A DNA stretch of 64,000 nt, from the NCBI RefSeq assembly GCF_009914755.1, contig NC_060948.1; one strand, given 5' to 3'. Positions 1-16,078 of the stretch are shown here, one piece after another. Every line of letters starts with the position of its first letter. Position 1 is the first letter of the stretch. Under the pieces are notes generated by a model. The model worked only from the letters and a program-made list of their open reading frames with translations. It searched no databases and had not been told where the DNA came from. A program made the position numbers and the translations under genes. This DNA is from the human T2T-CHM13v2.0 reference genome, Homo sapiens.

Positions 1-1278
1 TCTGTTATATATAATACCCATTATGCATAATATATATATTATGTCTATGTTATATATAGTATAAAACAACATATAATAATATATAATTGTATATATAAAA
101 TGCGACATATAATATATATTATATTTTATAACATATGTAATATATATTATATATTATATATAATACGTTGTATGTATAATACCTATATTAAATATATATT
201 ATATGACTATGTTATTAATTACATGTCACATGTGTTATATATTATATATTTTACATAGAATATACCGGTTACATGCAATATATACTATGTTACCTATAAT
301 GTATAATTTATTACATGTAAAATAAAGAATGCAATATATTATGTATAATTTATAATATACAATATGTGGAATGTGATATATATAACATATAATATATGAT
401 ATATGATATACAGTATATGATATATAACATACAATATATGATTCCTAGTATATATGGTATACAATATATATTTTATGATATGTATTCTATATGTTTTATA
501 TTCTGTTATATATAACTATTTGAAATTATATATAACTGTATAATATTTTATGTAAATATGTAATATAATATATATAACTATATAATATATTATATATAAC
601 TATATATTATGTTATATATACTTTTATAACATAATTTACATAAAATATCATAATATAATATATATTATATTATTTCATATTACATAATATATATTACATA
701 TCACCCAATATAACTAACATACATAATATTATAATATAGATTATATTCTGTTATATTAAATATCATATATATCATGTATCATATATTCTATAATATATAT
801 TACACATTATATAATATGTATGTTGTCTATTATGTGATATATATAACTATATATATAATTATATTTTTATACATATAACTAGATAAACATGTAATTCTAC
901 ATATTTTCATTTATAATATGTAGAATTATATAATCATATATAATTATTTATATTCTATAAAAAATTTTATCATTCTATAAATTATAATATATAAAAATTA
1001 TAATATGTACTACAAATATATATATTATATATCATATATGATATAGTACCTTTGTTATATATCATAATACATATAAATGTGTATTATGTTATCTATAATT
1101 ATATAATTTCATATATAAGATGTATAATATGTATCATATATTATATATGTTATGTAATATATATAGTATATATAAGATGACACAGGATAAATATTATATA
1201 CTATGACATATAAAATATATGAGGTTATATGTTACATATAAGGCATAGCACATAACATGTAATATATATCATATATAA
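1..1278. repeat. AT-rich low-complexity block, partial (cut by window start)
   Basis: Degenerate (TA)n/(TATAA)/(ATATG)-type sequence running up to the T9 tail of the first Alu. Confidence 0.9.
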
Positions 1279-1570
1279 TTTTTTTTTAGACAGAATCTTG
1301 TCCTGTTGCACAGGGTGGGGTACAATGGCGCCATCTTTGCTCACTGCAACTTCTGCCTCTTGGGACCAAGCGATTGTCCTCCCTCAGCCTCCCAGGTAGC
1401 TGGGACTACACCACACTGGGACTACACCAGCTGCCACCATGCCTAGCTAATTTTTTGGATTTTTAGTAGTGACAGCGTTTCACTGTATTGGCCAGGATGG
1501 TCTTGATCTCTTCACCTTGTGATCTCCTTGCCTTGGCCTCCAAATTTGCTGGGATTACAGGCCTGAGCCA
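1279..1570 (-). mobile_element. Diverged Alu SINE, ~12 nt 5'-truncated, copy 1
   Basis: Reverse-complement Alu hallmarks: T9 tail + agacagaatcttg, gctcactgcaac, cctcagcctccc, gctgggactaca, ctaattttttggatttttagtag linker, gctgggattacaggcctgagcca. Lacks the terminal CCGCGCCCGGCC. Confidence 0.95.
1400..1429. repeat. 16-bp-period tandem duplication inside the Alu (ctgggactacaccaca ctgggactacacca), present in every copy
   Basis: Read directly. The Alu consensus has GCTGGGACTACA only once at this position. Confidence 0.9.
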
Positions 1571-2140
1571 AGATCCATATTTTTTAAATGAAAAAAAATT
1601 TCAAAGGTACTCTGCTTGGTACAATAATCAAATGTATAAACTGAGGAATAAAACATAACCATGAAACCTACTTATAACTGCATATGGAAAATACAGAGGA
1701 TAATTTTTTAAATAACATATTTTGAAAGCCTTAACTAGTAATTTGAAGAGTTGGCATTTGAAAGGCCAGTATGAATATACCTTCAAAGCAGCAACACAGG
1801 TTCCCCATGAGAAAAAGCAAACACAGGGAAAATAAAAACACAAAGGTTCAATCTCTTCTGACCTTTGAAAGACACAGCACAGACAGTGGTCCTTAGGACG
1901 AAGAGCAGGAGACCCCTAATTCCGTCACCATGGCGATAGGGCATAAACATTGCTGGGTGAGGGCACAATCCACATTGTGAGGTCCAACTGCTGCCAGGAA
2001 GACAGGAGTGCTTTTACATAGACCGAAAGGTCATTGAAGGCTCAGAGTTTTGTTTCAAGAACTGAATCCCAAGCCCACACGTTATTAGGCTGCGCTTCTT
2101 AAAACAAGTTATGAGATGGGAAAAAGGGCACCCACAAACA
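1571..2140. repeat. HSATI-like segment of the unit (first copy, ~570 bp)
   Basis: Non-Alu, moderately GC-richer segment between the Alu 5' end and the AT block. Named from the known DYZ2 composition, not by alignment; boundaries approximate. Other copies start at 3990, 6410, 8829, 11249, 13657, 16079, 18499, 20921, 23341, 25763, 28183, 30603, 33023, 35443, 37862, 40279, 42697, 45113, 47533, 49953, 52373, 54793, 57213, 59626 and 62046. Confidence 0.75.
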
Positions 2141-3697
2141 TACGTATACATTATGTATATAATAATATACAGTATCATATATAAAATATGTATAACCAAT
2201 GTATAATATTGTTTTACATCCTGCATCTTATATTATATATATTGTATAAAATATAATAATTGATAATATATAATTTTATATTTATACAATATGACATATA
2301 GTATATATTATACTTTATGACATATATAATATATGTTATATATCATATATAGAATATATTATACGGTTAATATACGTATTAAATATAAATTATACATTAT
2401 ATATATTATATAAAATATATCTGTTATATATAATACCCATTATGCATAATATATATATTATGTCTATGTTATATATAGTATAAAACAACATATAATAATA
2501 TATAATTGTATATATAAAATGCGACATATAATATATATTATATTTTATGACATATGTAATATATATTATATATTATATATAATACGTTGTATGTATAATA
2601 CCTATATTAAATATATATTATATGACTATGTTATTAATTACATGTCACATATGTTATATATTACATATTTTACATAGAATATACCGGTTACATGCAATAT
2701 ATACTATGTTACCTATAATGTATAATTGATTACATGTAAAATAAAGAATGCAATATATTATGTATAATTTATAATATACAATATGTGGAATGTGATATAT
2801 ATAACATATAATATATGATATATGATATACAGTATATGATATATAACATACAATATATGATACCTAATATATATGGTATACAATATATATTTTATGATAT
2901 GTATTCTATATGTTTTATATTCTGTTATATATAACTATTTGAAATTATATATAACTGTATAATATTTTATGCAAATATGTAATATAATATATATAACTAT
3001 ATAATATATTATATATAACTATATATTATGTTATATATACTTTTATAACATAATTTACATTAAATATCATAATATAATATATATTATATTATTTCACATT
3101 ACATAATATATATTACATATCACCCAATATAAGTAACATACATAATATTATAATATAGATTATATTATGTTATATTAAATATCATATATATCATGTATCA
3201 TATATTCTATAATATATATTACACATTATATAATATGTATGTTGTCTATTATGTGATATATATAACTATACATATAATTATATTATTATATATATAACTA
3301 GATAAACATGTAATTCCACATATTTTCATTTATAATATATAGAATTATTTAATCATATATAATTATTTATATTCTATAAAAAATTATATCGTTATATAAA
3401 TTATAATATAAAAAAATTATAATATGTACTACAAATATACATAATATATATCATATATGATATAGTACCTTTGTTATATATCATAATACATATAAATGTG
3501 TATTATGTTATCTATAATTATATAATTTCATATATAAGATGTATAATATGTATTATATATTGTCTATGTTATGTAATATATATAGTATATGTAAGCTGAC
3601 ACAGGATAAATATTATATACTATGACATATAAAATATATGAGGTTATATGTTACATATAAGGCATAGCACATAACATGTAATATATATCATATATAA
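2141..3697. repeat. AT-rich low-complexity block of the unit (first complete copy, ~1.56 kb; recurs in every unit)
   Basis: Almost only A/T with sparse G/C. Degenerate internal motifs such as tatataac and atatgat. One CCGG per unit. All unit-length indels fall in this block. Confidence 0.9.
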
Positions 3698-3989
<292 letters not shown>

Positions 3990-6094
3990 AGATCCATATT
4001 TTTTAAATGAAAAAAAATTTCAAAGGTACTCTGCTTGGTACAATAATCAAATGTATAAACTGAGGAATAAAACATAACCATGAAACCTACTTATAAGTGC
4101 ATATGGAAAATACAGAGGATAATTTTTTAAATAACATATTTTGAAAGCCTTAACTAGTAATTTGAAGAGTTGGCATTTGTAAGGCCAGTATGAATATACC
4201 TTCAAAGCAGCAACACAGGTTCACCATGAGAAAAAGCAAACTCAGGGAAAATAAAACCACAAAGGTTCAATCTCTTCTGACCTTTGAAAGACACAGCACA
4301 GACAGTGGTCCTTAGGACGAAGACCAGGAGACCCCTAATTCCGTCACCATGGCGATAGGGCATAAACATTGCTGGGTGAGGGCACAATCCACATTGTGAG
4401 GTCCAACTGCTGCCAGGAAGACAGGACTGCTTTTACATAGACCGAAAGGTCATTGAAGGCTCAGAGTTTTGTTTCAAGAACTGAATACCAAGCCCACATG
4501 TTATTAGGCTGCGCTTCTTAAAACAAGTTATGAGATGGGAAAAAGGGCACCCACAAACATACGTATACATTATGTATATAATAATATACAGTATCATATA
4601 TATAATATATATAACCTATGTATAATATTGTTTTACATCCTGCATCTTATATTATATATATTGTCTAAAATATAATAATTGATAATATATAAGTTTTATA
4701 TTTATACAATATGACATATAGTATATATTATACTTTATGACATATATAATATATGTTATATATCATATATACAATATATTATACGGTTAATATACGTATT
4801 AAATATAAATTATACATTATATATATTATATATAATATATCTGTTATATATAATACCCATTATGCATAATATATATATTATGTCTATGTTATATATAGTA
4901 TAAAACAACATATAATAATATATAATTGTATATATAAAATGCGACATATAATATATATTTTATTTTATGACATATGTAATATATATTATATATTATATAT
5001 AATATGTTGTATGTATAATACCTATATTAAATATATATTATATGACTATGTTATTAATTACATGTCACATATGATATATATTATATATTTTACATAGAAT
5101 ATACCGGTTACATACAATTTATACTATGTTACCTATAATGTATAATTGATTACATGTAAAATAAAGAATGCAATATATTATGTATAATTTATAATATACA
5201 ATATGTGGAATGTGATATATATAACATATAATATATGATATATGATATACAGTATATGATATATAACATACAATATATGATACCTAATATATATTGTATA
5301 CAATATATATTTTATGATATGTATTCTATATGTTTTATATTCTGTTATATATAACTATTTGAAATTATATATAACTGTATAATATTTTATGTAAATATGT
5401 AATATAATATATATAACTATATAATATATTATATATAACTATATATTATGTTATATATACTTTTATAACTTAATTTATATAAAATATCATAGTATAATAT
5501 ATATTATATTACTTCATATTACATAATATATATTACATATCACCCAATATAAGTAACATACATAATATTATAATATACATTATATTATGTTATATTAAAT
5601 ATCATATATATCATGTATCATATATTCTATAATATATATTATACATTATATAATATGCATGTTGTCTATTATGTGATATATATAACTATATATATAATTA
5701 TATTATTATACATATAACTAGATAAACATGTAATTCTACATATTTTCATTTATAATATGTAGAATTATATAATCATATATAATTATTTATATCCTGTAAA
5801 AAATTTTATCATTCTATAAATTATAATATATAAAAATTATAATATGTACTACAAATATATATATTATATATCATATATGATATAGTACCTTTGTTATATA
5901 TCATAATACATATAAATGTGTATTATGTTATCTATAATTATATAATTTCATATATAAGATGTATAATATGTATCATATATTATATATGTTATGTAATATA
6001 TATAGTATATATAAGATGACACAGGATAAATATTATATACTATGACATATAAAATATATGAGGTTATATGTTACATATAAGGCATAGCACATAA

Positions 6095-6409
<315 letters not shown>

Positions 6410-8536
6410 AGATCCATATTTTTTAAATGAAAAAAAATTTCAAAGGTACTCTGCTTGGTACAATAATCAAATGTATAAACTGAGGAATAAAACATAACCA
6501 TGAAACCTACTTATAACTGCATATGGAAAATACAGAGGATAATTTTTTAAATAACATATTTTGAAAGCCTTAACTAGTAATTTGAAGAGTTGGCATTTGA
6601 AAGGCCAGTATGAATATACCTTCAAAGCAGCAACACAGGTTCCCCATGAGAAACAGCAAACTCAGGGAAAATAAATCCACAAAAGTTCAAGCTCTTCTGA
6701 CCTTTGAAAGACACAGCACAGACAGTGGTCCTTAGGACGAAGAGCAGGAGACCCCTAATTCCGTCACCATGGCGATAGGGCATAAACATTGCTGGGTGAG
6801 GGCACAATCCACATTGTGAGGTCCAACTGCTGCCAGGAAGACAGGAGTGCTTTTACATAGACCGAAAGGTCATTGAAGGCTCAGAGTTTTGTTTCAAGAA
6901 CTGAATCCCAAGCCCACACGTTATTAGGCTGCGCTTCTTAAAACAAGTTATGAGATGGGAAAAAGGGCACCCACAAACATACGTATACATTATGTATATA
7001 ATAATATACAGTATCATATATATAATATATATAACCTATGTATAATATTGTTTTACATCCTGCATCTTATGTTATATATATTGTATAAAATATAATAATT
7101 GATAATATATAAGTTTTATAATTATACAATATGACATATACTATATATTATAATTTATGACATATATAATATATGTTATATGTCATATATAGAATATATT
7201 ATACGGTTAATATACGTATTAAATATAAATTATACATTCTATATATTATATATAATATATCTGTTATATATAATACCCATTATGCATAATATATATATTA
7301 TGTCTATGTTATATATAGTATAAAACAACATATAATAATATATAATTGTATATATCAAATGCGACATATAATATATATTATATTTTATAACATATGAAAT
7401 ATATATTATATATTATATATAATACGTTGTATGTATAATACCTATATTAAATATATATTATATGACTATGTTATTAATTACATGTCACATGTGTTATATA
7501 TTATATATTTTACATAGAATATACCGGTTACATACAATATATACTATGTTACCTATAATGTATAATTTATTACATGTAAAATAAAGAATGCAATATATTA
7601 TGTATAATTTATAATATACCATATGTGGAATGTGATATATATAACATATAATATATGATATATGATATACAGTATATGATATATAACATACAATATATGA
7701 TTCCTAATATATATGGTATACCATATATATTTTATGATATGTATTCTCTATGTTTTATATTCTGTTATATATAACTATTTGAAATTATATATAACTGTAT
7801 AATATTTTATGTAAATATGTAATATAATATATATAACTATATAATATATTATATATAACTATATATTATGTTATATATACTTTTATAACATAATTTACAT
7901 AAGATATCATAATATAATATATATTATATTATTTCATATTACATAATATATATTACATATCACCCAATATAACTAACATACATAATATTATAATATAGAT
8001 TATATTGTGTTATATTAAATATCATATATATCATGTATCATATATTCTATAATATATATTACACATTATATAATATGTATGTTGTCTATTATGTGATATA
8101 TATAACTCTATATATAATTATATTTTTATACATATAACTAGATAAACATGTAATTCTACATATTTTCATTTATACTATGTAGAATTATATAATCATATAT
8201 AATTATTTATATTCTATAAAAATTTTATCATTATATAAACTATAATATATAAAAATTATAATATGTACTACAAATATATATATTATATATCATATATGAT
8301 ATAGTACCTTTGTTATATATCATAATACATATAAATGTGTATTATGTTATCTATAATTATATAATTTCATATATAAGATGTATAATATGTATCATATATT
8401 ATATATGTTATGTAATATATATAGTATATATAAGATGACACAGGATAAATATTATATACTATGACATATAAAATATATGAGGTTATATGTTACATATAAG
8501 GCATAGCACATAACATGTAATATATATCATATATAA

Positions 8537-8828
<292 letters not shown>

Positions 8829-10933
8829 AGATCCATATTTTTTAAATGAAAAACAATTTCAAAGGTACTCTGCTTGGTACAATAATCAAATGTATAAACT
8901 GAGGAATAAAACATAACCATGAAACCTACTTATAACTGCATATGGAAAATACAGAGGATAATTTTTTAAATAACATATTTTGAAAGCCTTAACTAGTAAT
9001 TTGAAGAGTTGGCATTTGAAAGGCCAGTATGAATATACCTTCAAAGCAGCAACACAGGTTCCCCATGAGAAAAAGCAAACACAGGGAAAATAAAAACACA
9101 AAGGTTCAATCTCTTCTGACCTTTGAAAGACACAGCACAGACAGTGGTCCTTAGGACGAAGAGCAGGAGACCCCTAATTCCGTCACCATGGCGATAGGGC
9201 ATAAACATTGCTGGGTGAGGGCACAATCCACATTGTGAGGTCCAACTGCTGCCAGGAAGACAGGAGTGCTTTTACATAGACCGAAAGGTCATTGAAGGCT
9301 CAGAGTTTTGTTTCAAGAACTGAATCCCAAGCCCACACGTTATTAGGCTGCGCTTCTTAAAACAAGTTATGAGATGGGAAAAAGGGCACCCACAAACATA
9401 CGTATACATTATGTATATAATAATATACAGTATCATATATATAATATATATAACCTATGTATAATATTGTTTTACATCCTGCATCTTATGTTATATATAT
9501 TGTATAAAATATAATAATTGATAATATATAAGTTTTATAATTATACAATATGACATATAGTATATATTATAATTTATGACATATATAATATATGATATAT
9601 GTCATATATAGAATATATTATACGGTTAATATACGTATTAAATATAAATTATACATTCTATATATTATATATAATATATCTGTTATATATAATACCCATT
9701 ATGCATAATATATATATTATGTCTATGTTATATATAGTATAAAACAACATATAATAATATATAATTGTATATATAAAATGCGACATATAATATATATTAT
9801 ATTTTATAACATATGAAATATATATTATATATTATATATAATACGTTGTATGTATAATACCTATATTAAATATATATTATATGACTATGTTATTAATTAC
9901 ATGTCACATGTGTTATATATTATATATTTTACATAGAATATACCGGTTACATACAATATATACTATGTTACCTATAATGTATAATTTATTACATGTAAAA
10001 TAAAGAATGCAATATATTATGTATAATTTATAATATACCATATGTGGAATGTCATATATATAACATATAATATATGATATATGATATACAGTATATGATA
10101 TATAACATACAATATATGATTCCTAATACATATGGTATACAATATATATTTTATGATATGTATTCTATATGTTTTATATTCTGTTATATATAACTATTTG
10201 AAATTATATATAACTGTATAATATTTTATGTAAATATGTAATATAATATATATAACTATATAATATATTATATATAACTATATATTATGTTATATATACT
10301 TTTATAACATAATTTACATAAAATATCATACTATAATATATATTATATTATTTCATATTACATAATATATATTACATATCACCCAATATAACTAACATAC
10401 ATAATATTATAATATAGATTATAATATGTTATATTAAATATCATATATATCATGTATCATATATTCTATAATATATATTACACATTATATAATATGTATG
10501 TTGTCTATTATGTGATATATATAACTCTATATATAATTATATTTTTATACATATAACTAGATAAACATGTAATTCTACATATTTTCATTTATAATATGTA
10601 GAATTATATAATCATATATAATTATTTATATTCTATAAAAAATTTTATCATTATATAAATTATAATATATAAAAATTATAATATGTACTACAAATATATA
10701 TATTATATATCATATATGATATAGTACCTTTGTTATATATCATAATACATATAAATGTGTATTATGTTATCTATAATTATATAATTTCATATATAAGATG
10801 TATAATATGTATCATATATTATATATGTTATGTAATATATGTAGTATATATAAGATGACACAGGATAAATATTATATACTATGACATATAAAATATATGA
10901 GGTTATATGTTACATATAAGGCATAGCACATAA

Positions 10934-11248
<315 letters not shown>

Positions 11249-13341
11249 AGATCCATATTTTTTAAATGAAAAAAAATTTCAAAGGTACTCTGCTTGGTAC
11301 AATAATCAAATGTATAAACTGAGGAATAAAACATAACCATGAAACCTACTTATAACTGCATATGGAAAATACAGAGGATAATTTTTTAAATAACATATTT
11401 TGAAAGCCTTAACTAGTAATTTGAAGAGTTGGCATTTGAAAGGCCAGTATGAATATACCTTCAAAGCAGCAACACAGGTTCCCCATGAGAAAAAGCAAAC
11501 ACAGGGAAAATAAAAACACAAAGGTTCAATCTCTTCTGACCTTTGAAAGACACAGCACAGACAGTGGTCCTTAGGACGAAGAGCAGGAGACCCCTAATTC
11601 CGTCACCATGGCGATAGGGCATAAACATTGCTGGGTGAGGGCACAATCCACATTGTGAGGTCCAACTGCTGCCAGGAAGACAGGAGTGCTTTTACATAGA
11701 CCGAAAGGTCATTGAAGGCTCAGAGTTTTGTTTCAAGAACTGAATCCCAAGCCCACACGTTATTAGGCTGCGCTTCTTAAAACAAGTTATGAGATGGGAA
11801 AAAGGGCACCCACAAACATACGTATACATTATGTATATAATAATATACAGTATCATATATATAATATATATAACCTATGTATAATATTGTTTTACATCCT
11901 GCATCTTATGTTATATATATTATATAAAATATAATAATTGATAATATATAAGTTTTATAATTATACAATATGACATATAGTATATATTATAATTTATGAC
12001 ATATATAATATATGTTATATATCATATATAGAATATATTATACGGTTAATATACGTATTAAATATAAATTATACATTATATATATTATATATAATATATC
12101 TGTTATATATAATAACCATTATGCATAATATATATATTATGTCTATGTTATATATAGTATAAAACAACATATAATAATATATAATTGTATATATAAAATG
12201 CGACATATAATATATATTATATTTTATAACATATGTAATATATATTATATATAATACGTTGTATGTATAATACCTATATTAAATATATATTATATGACTA
12301 TGTTATTAATTACATGTCACATGTGTTATATATTATATATTTTACGTAGAATATACCGGTTACATACAATATATACTATGTTACCTATAATGTATAATTT
12401 ATTACATGTAAAATAAAGAATGCAATATATTATGTATAATTTATAATATACAATATGTGGAATGTGATATATGTAACATATAATATATGATATATGATAT
12501 ACAGTATATGATATATAACATACAATATATGATTCCTAATATATATGGTATACAATATATATTTTATGATATGTATTCTATATGTTTTATATTCTGTTAT
12601 ATATAACTATTTGAAATTATATATAACTGTATATTTAATGTAAATATGTAATATAATATATATAACTATATAATATATTATATATAACTATATATTATGT
12701 TATATATACTTTTATAACATAATTTACATAAAATATCATAATATAATATATATTATATTATTTCATATTACATAATATATATTACATATCACCCAATATA
12801 ACTAACATACATAATATTATACTATAGATTATATTATGTTATATTAAATATCATATATATCATGTATCATATATTCTATAATATATATTACACATTATAT
12901 AATATGTATGTTGTCTATTATGTGATATATAACTATATATATAATTATATTTTTATACATATAACTAGATAAACATGTAATTTTACATATTTTCATTTAT
13001 AATATGTAGAATTATATAATCATATATAATTATTTATATTCTATAAAAAATTTTATCATTATATAAATTATAATATATAAAAATTATAATATGTACTACA
13101 AATATATATATTATATATCATATATGATATAGTACCTTTGTTATATATCATAATACATATAAATGTGTATTATGTTATCTATAATTATATAATTTCATAT
13201 ATAAGATGTATAATATGTATCATATATTATATATGTTATGTAATATATATAGTATATATAAGATGACACAGGATAAATATTATATACTATGACATATAAA
13301 ATATATGAGGTTATATGTTACATATAAGGCATAGCACATAA

Positions 13342-13656
<315 letters not shown>

Positions 13657-15763
13657 AGATCCATATTTTTTAAATGAAAAAAAATTTCAAAGGTACTCTG
13701 CTTGGTACAATAATCAAATGTATAAACTGAGGAATAAAACATAACCATGAAACCTACTTATAACTGCATATGGAAAATACAGAGGATAATTTTTTAAATA
13801 ACATATTTTGAAAGCCTTAACTAGTAATTTGAAGAGTTGGCATTTGAAAGGCCAGTATGAATATACCTTCAAAGCAGCAACACAGGTTCCCCATGAGAAA
13901 AAGCAAACACAGGGAAAATAAAAACACAAAGGTTCAATCTCTTCTGACCTTTGAAAGACACAGCACAGACAGTGGTCCTTAGGACGAAGAGCAGGAGACC
14001 CCTAATTCCGTCACCATGGCGATAGGGCATAAACATTGCTGGGTGAGGGCACAATCCACATTGTGAGGTCCAACTGCTGCCAGGAAGACAGGAGTGCTTT
14101 TACATAGACCGAAAGGTCATTGAAGGCTCAGAGTTTTGTTTCAAGAACTGAATCCCAAGCCCACACGTGATTAGGCTGCGCTTCTTAAAACAAGTTATGA
14201 GATGGGAAAAAGGGCACCCACAAACATACGTATACATAATGTATATAATAATATACAGTATCATATATATAATATATATAACCTATGTATAATATTGTTT
14301 TACATCCTGCATCCTATGTTATATATATTGTATAAAATATAATAATTGATAATATATAAGTTTTATAATTATACAATATGACATATAGTATATATTATAA
14401 TTTATGACATATATAATATATGTTATATATCATATATAGAATATATTATACGGTTAAGATACGTATTAAATATAAATTATACATTATATATATTATATAT
14501 AATATATCTGTTATATATAATACCCATTATGCATAATATATATATTATGTCTATGTTATATATAGTATAAAACAACATATAATAATATATAATTGTATAT
14601 ATAAAATGCGACATATAATATATATTATATTTTATAACATATGTAATATATATTATATATTATATATAATACGTTGTATGTATAATACCTATATTAAATA
14701 TATATTATATGACTATGTTATTAATTACATGTCACATGTGTTATATATTATATATTTTACATAGAATATACCGGTTACATACAATATATACTATGTTACC
14801 TATAATGTATAATTTATTGCATGTAAAATAAAGAATGCAATATATTATGTAAAATTTATAATATACAATATGTGGAATGTGATATATATAACATATAATA
14901 TATGATATATGATATACAGTATATGATATATAACATACAATATATGATTCCTAATATATATGGTATACAATATATATTTTATGATATGTATTCTATATGT
15001 TTTATATTCTGTTATATATAACTATTTGAAATTATATATAACTGTATAATATTTTATGTAAATATGAAATATAATATATATAACTATATAATATATTATA
15101 TATAACTATATATTATGTTATATATACTTTTATAACATAATTTACATAAAATATCATAATATAATATATATTATATTATTTCATATTACATAATATATAT
15201 TACATATCACCCAATATAACTAACATACATAATATTATAATATAGATTATATTATGTTATATTAAATATCATATATATCATGTATCATATATTCTATAAT
15301 ATATATTACACATTATATAATATGTATGTTGTCTATTATGTGATATATATAAATATATATATAATTATATTTTTATACATATAACTAGATAAACATGTAA
15401 TTCTACATATTTTCATTTATAATATGTAGAATTATATAATCATATATAATTTTTTATATTCTATAAAAAATTTTATCATTATATAAATTATAATATATAA
15501 AAATTATAATATGTACTACAAATATATATATATTATATATCATATATGATATAGTACCTTTGTTATATATCATAATACATATAAATGTGTATTATGTTAT
15601 CTATAATTATATAATTTCATATATAAGATGTATAATATGTATCATATATTATATATGTTATGTAATATATATAGTATATATAAGATGACACAGGATAAAT
15701 ATTATATACTATGACATATAAAATATATGAGGTTATATGTTACATATAAGGCATAGCACATAA

Positions 15764-16078
<315 letters not shown>

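Noticed and set aside
1279-1570. Active Alu source elements / Pol III ncRNA genes
   Set aside because: 5' end truncated, B-box altered (GAGATCAAGAC), heavy divergence, short A9 tail; identical flanks show passive amplification.
1628-1968. Recurrent 71-aa and 61-aa minus-strand ORFs in nearly every unit
   Set aside because: Both start at TTG, overlap in different frames, resemble no protein family I recognise and lie in a satellite. Their conservation simply reflects unit identity. The 71-aa frame is absent in units 2-3 and truncated in unit 19.
1924-1980. Strong Kozak-like GTCACCATGG in the HSATI segment
   Set aside because: Opens only a 16-codon frame ending in TGA, with no promoter or splice evidence. 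The gccaccatg in the Alu is followed by a stop after 3 codons.
2014-2226. 70-aa minus-strand ATG ORF
   Set aside because: Open in only one unit because private variants remove stops; Ile/Tyr-rich translation of AT low-complexity DNA.
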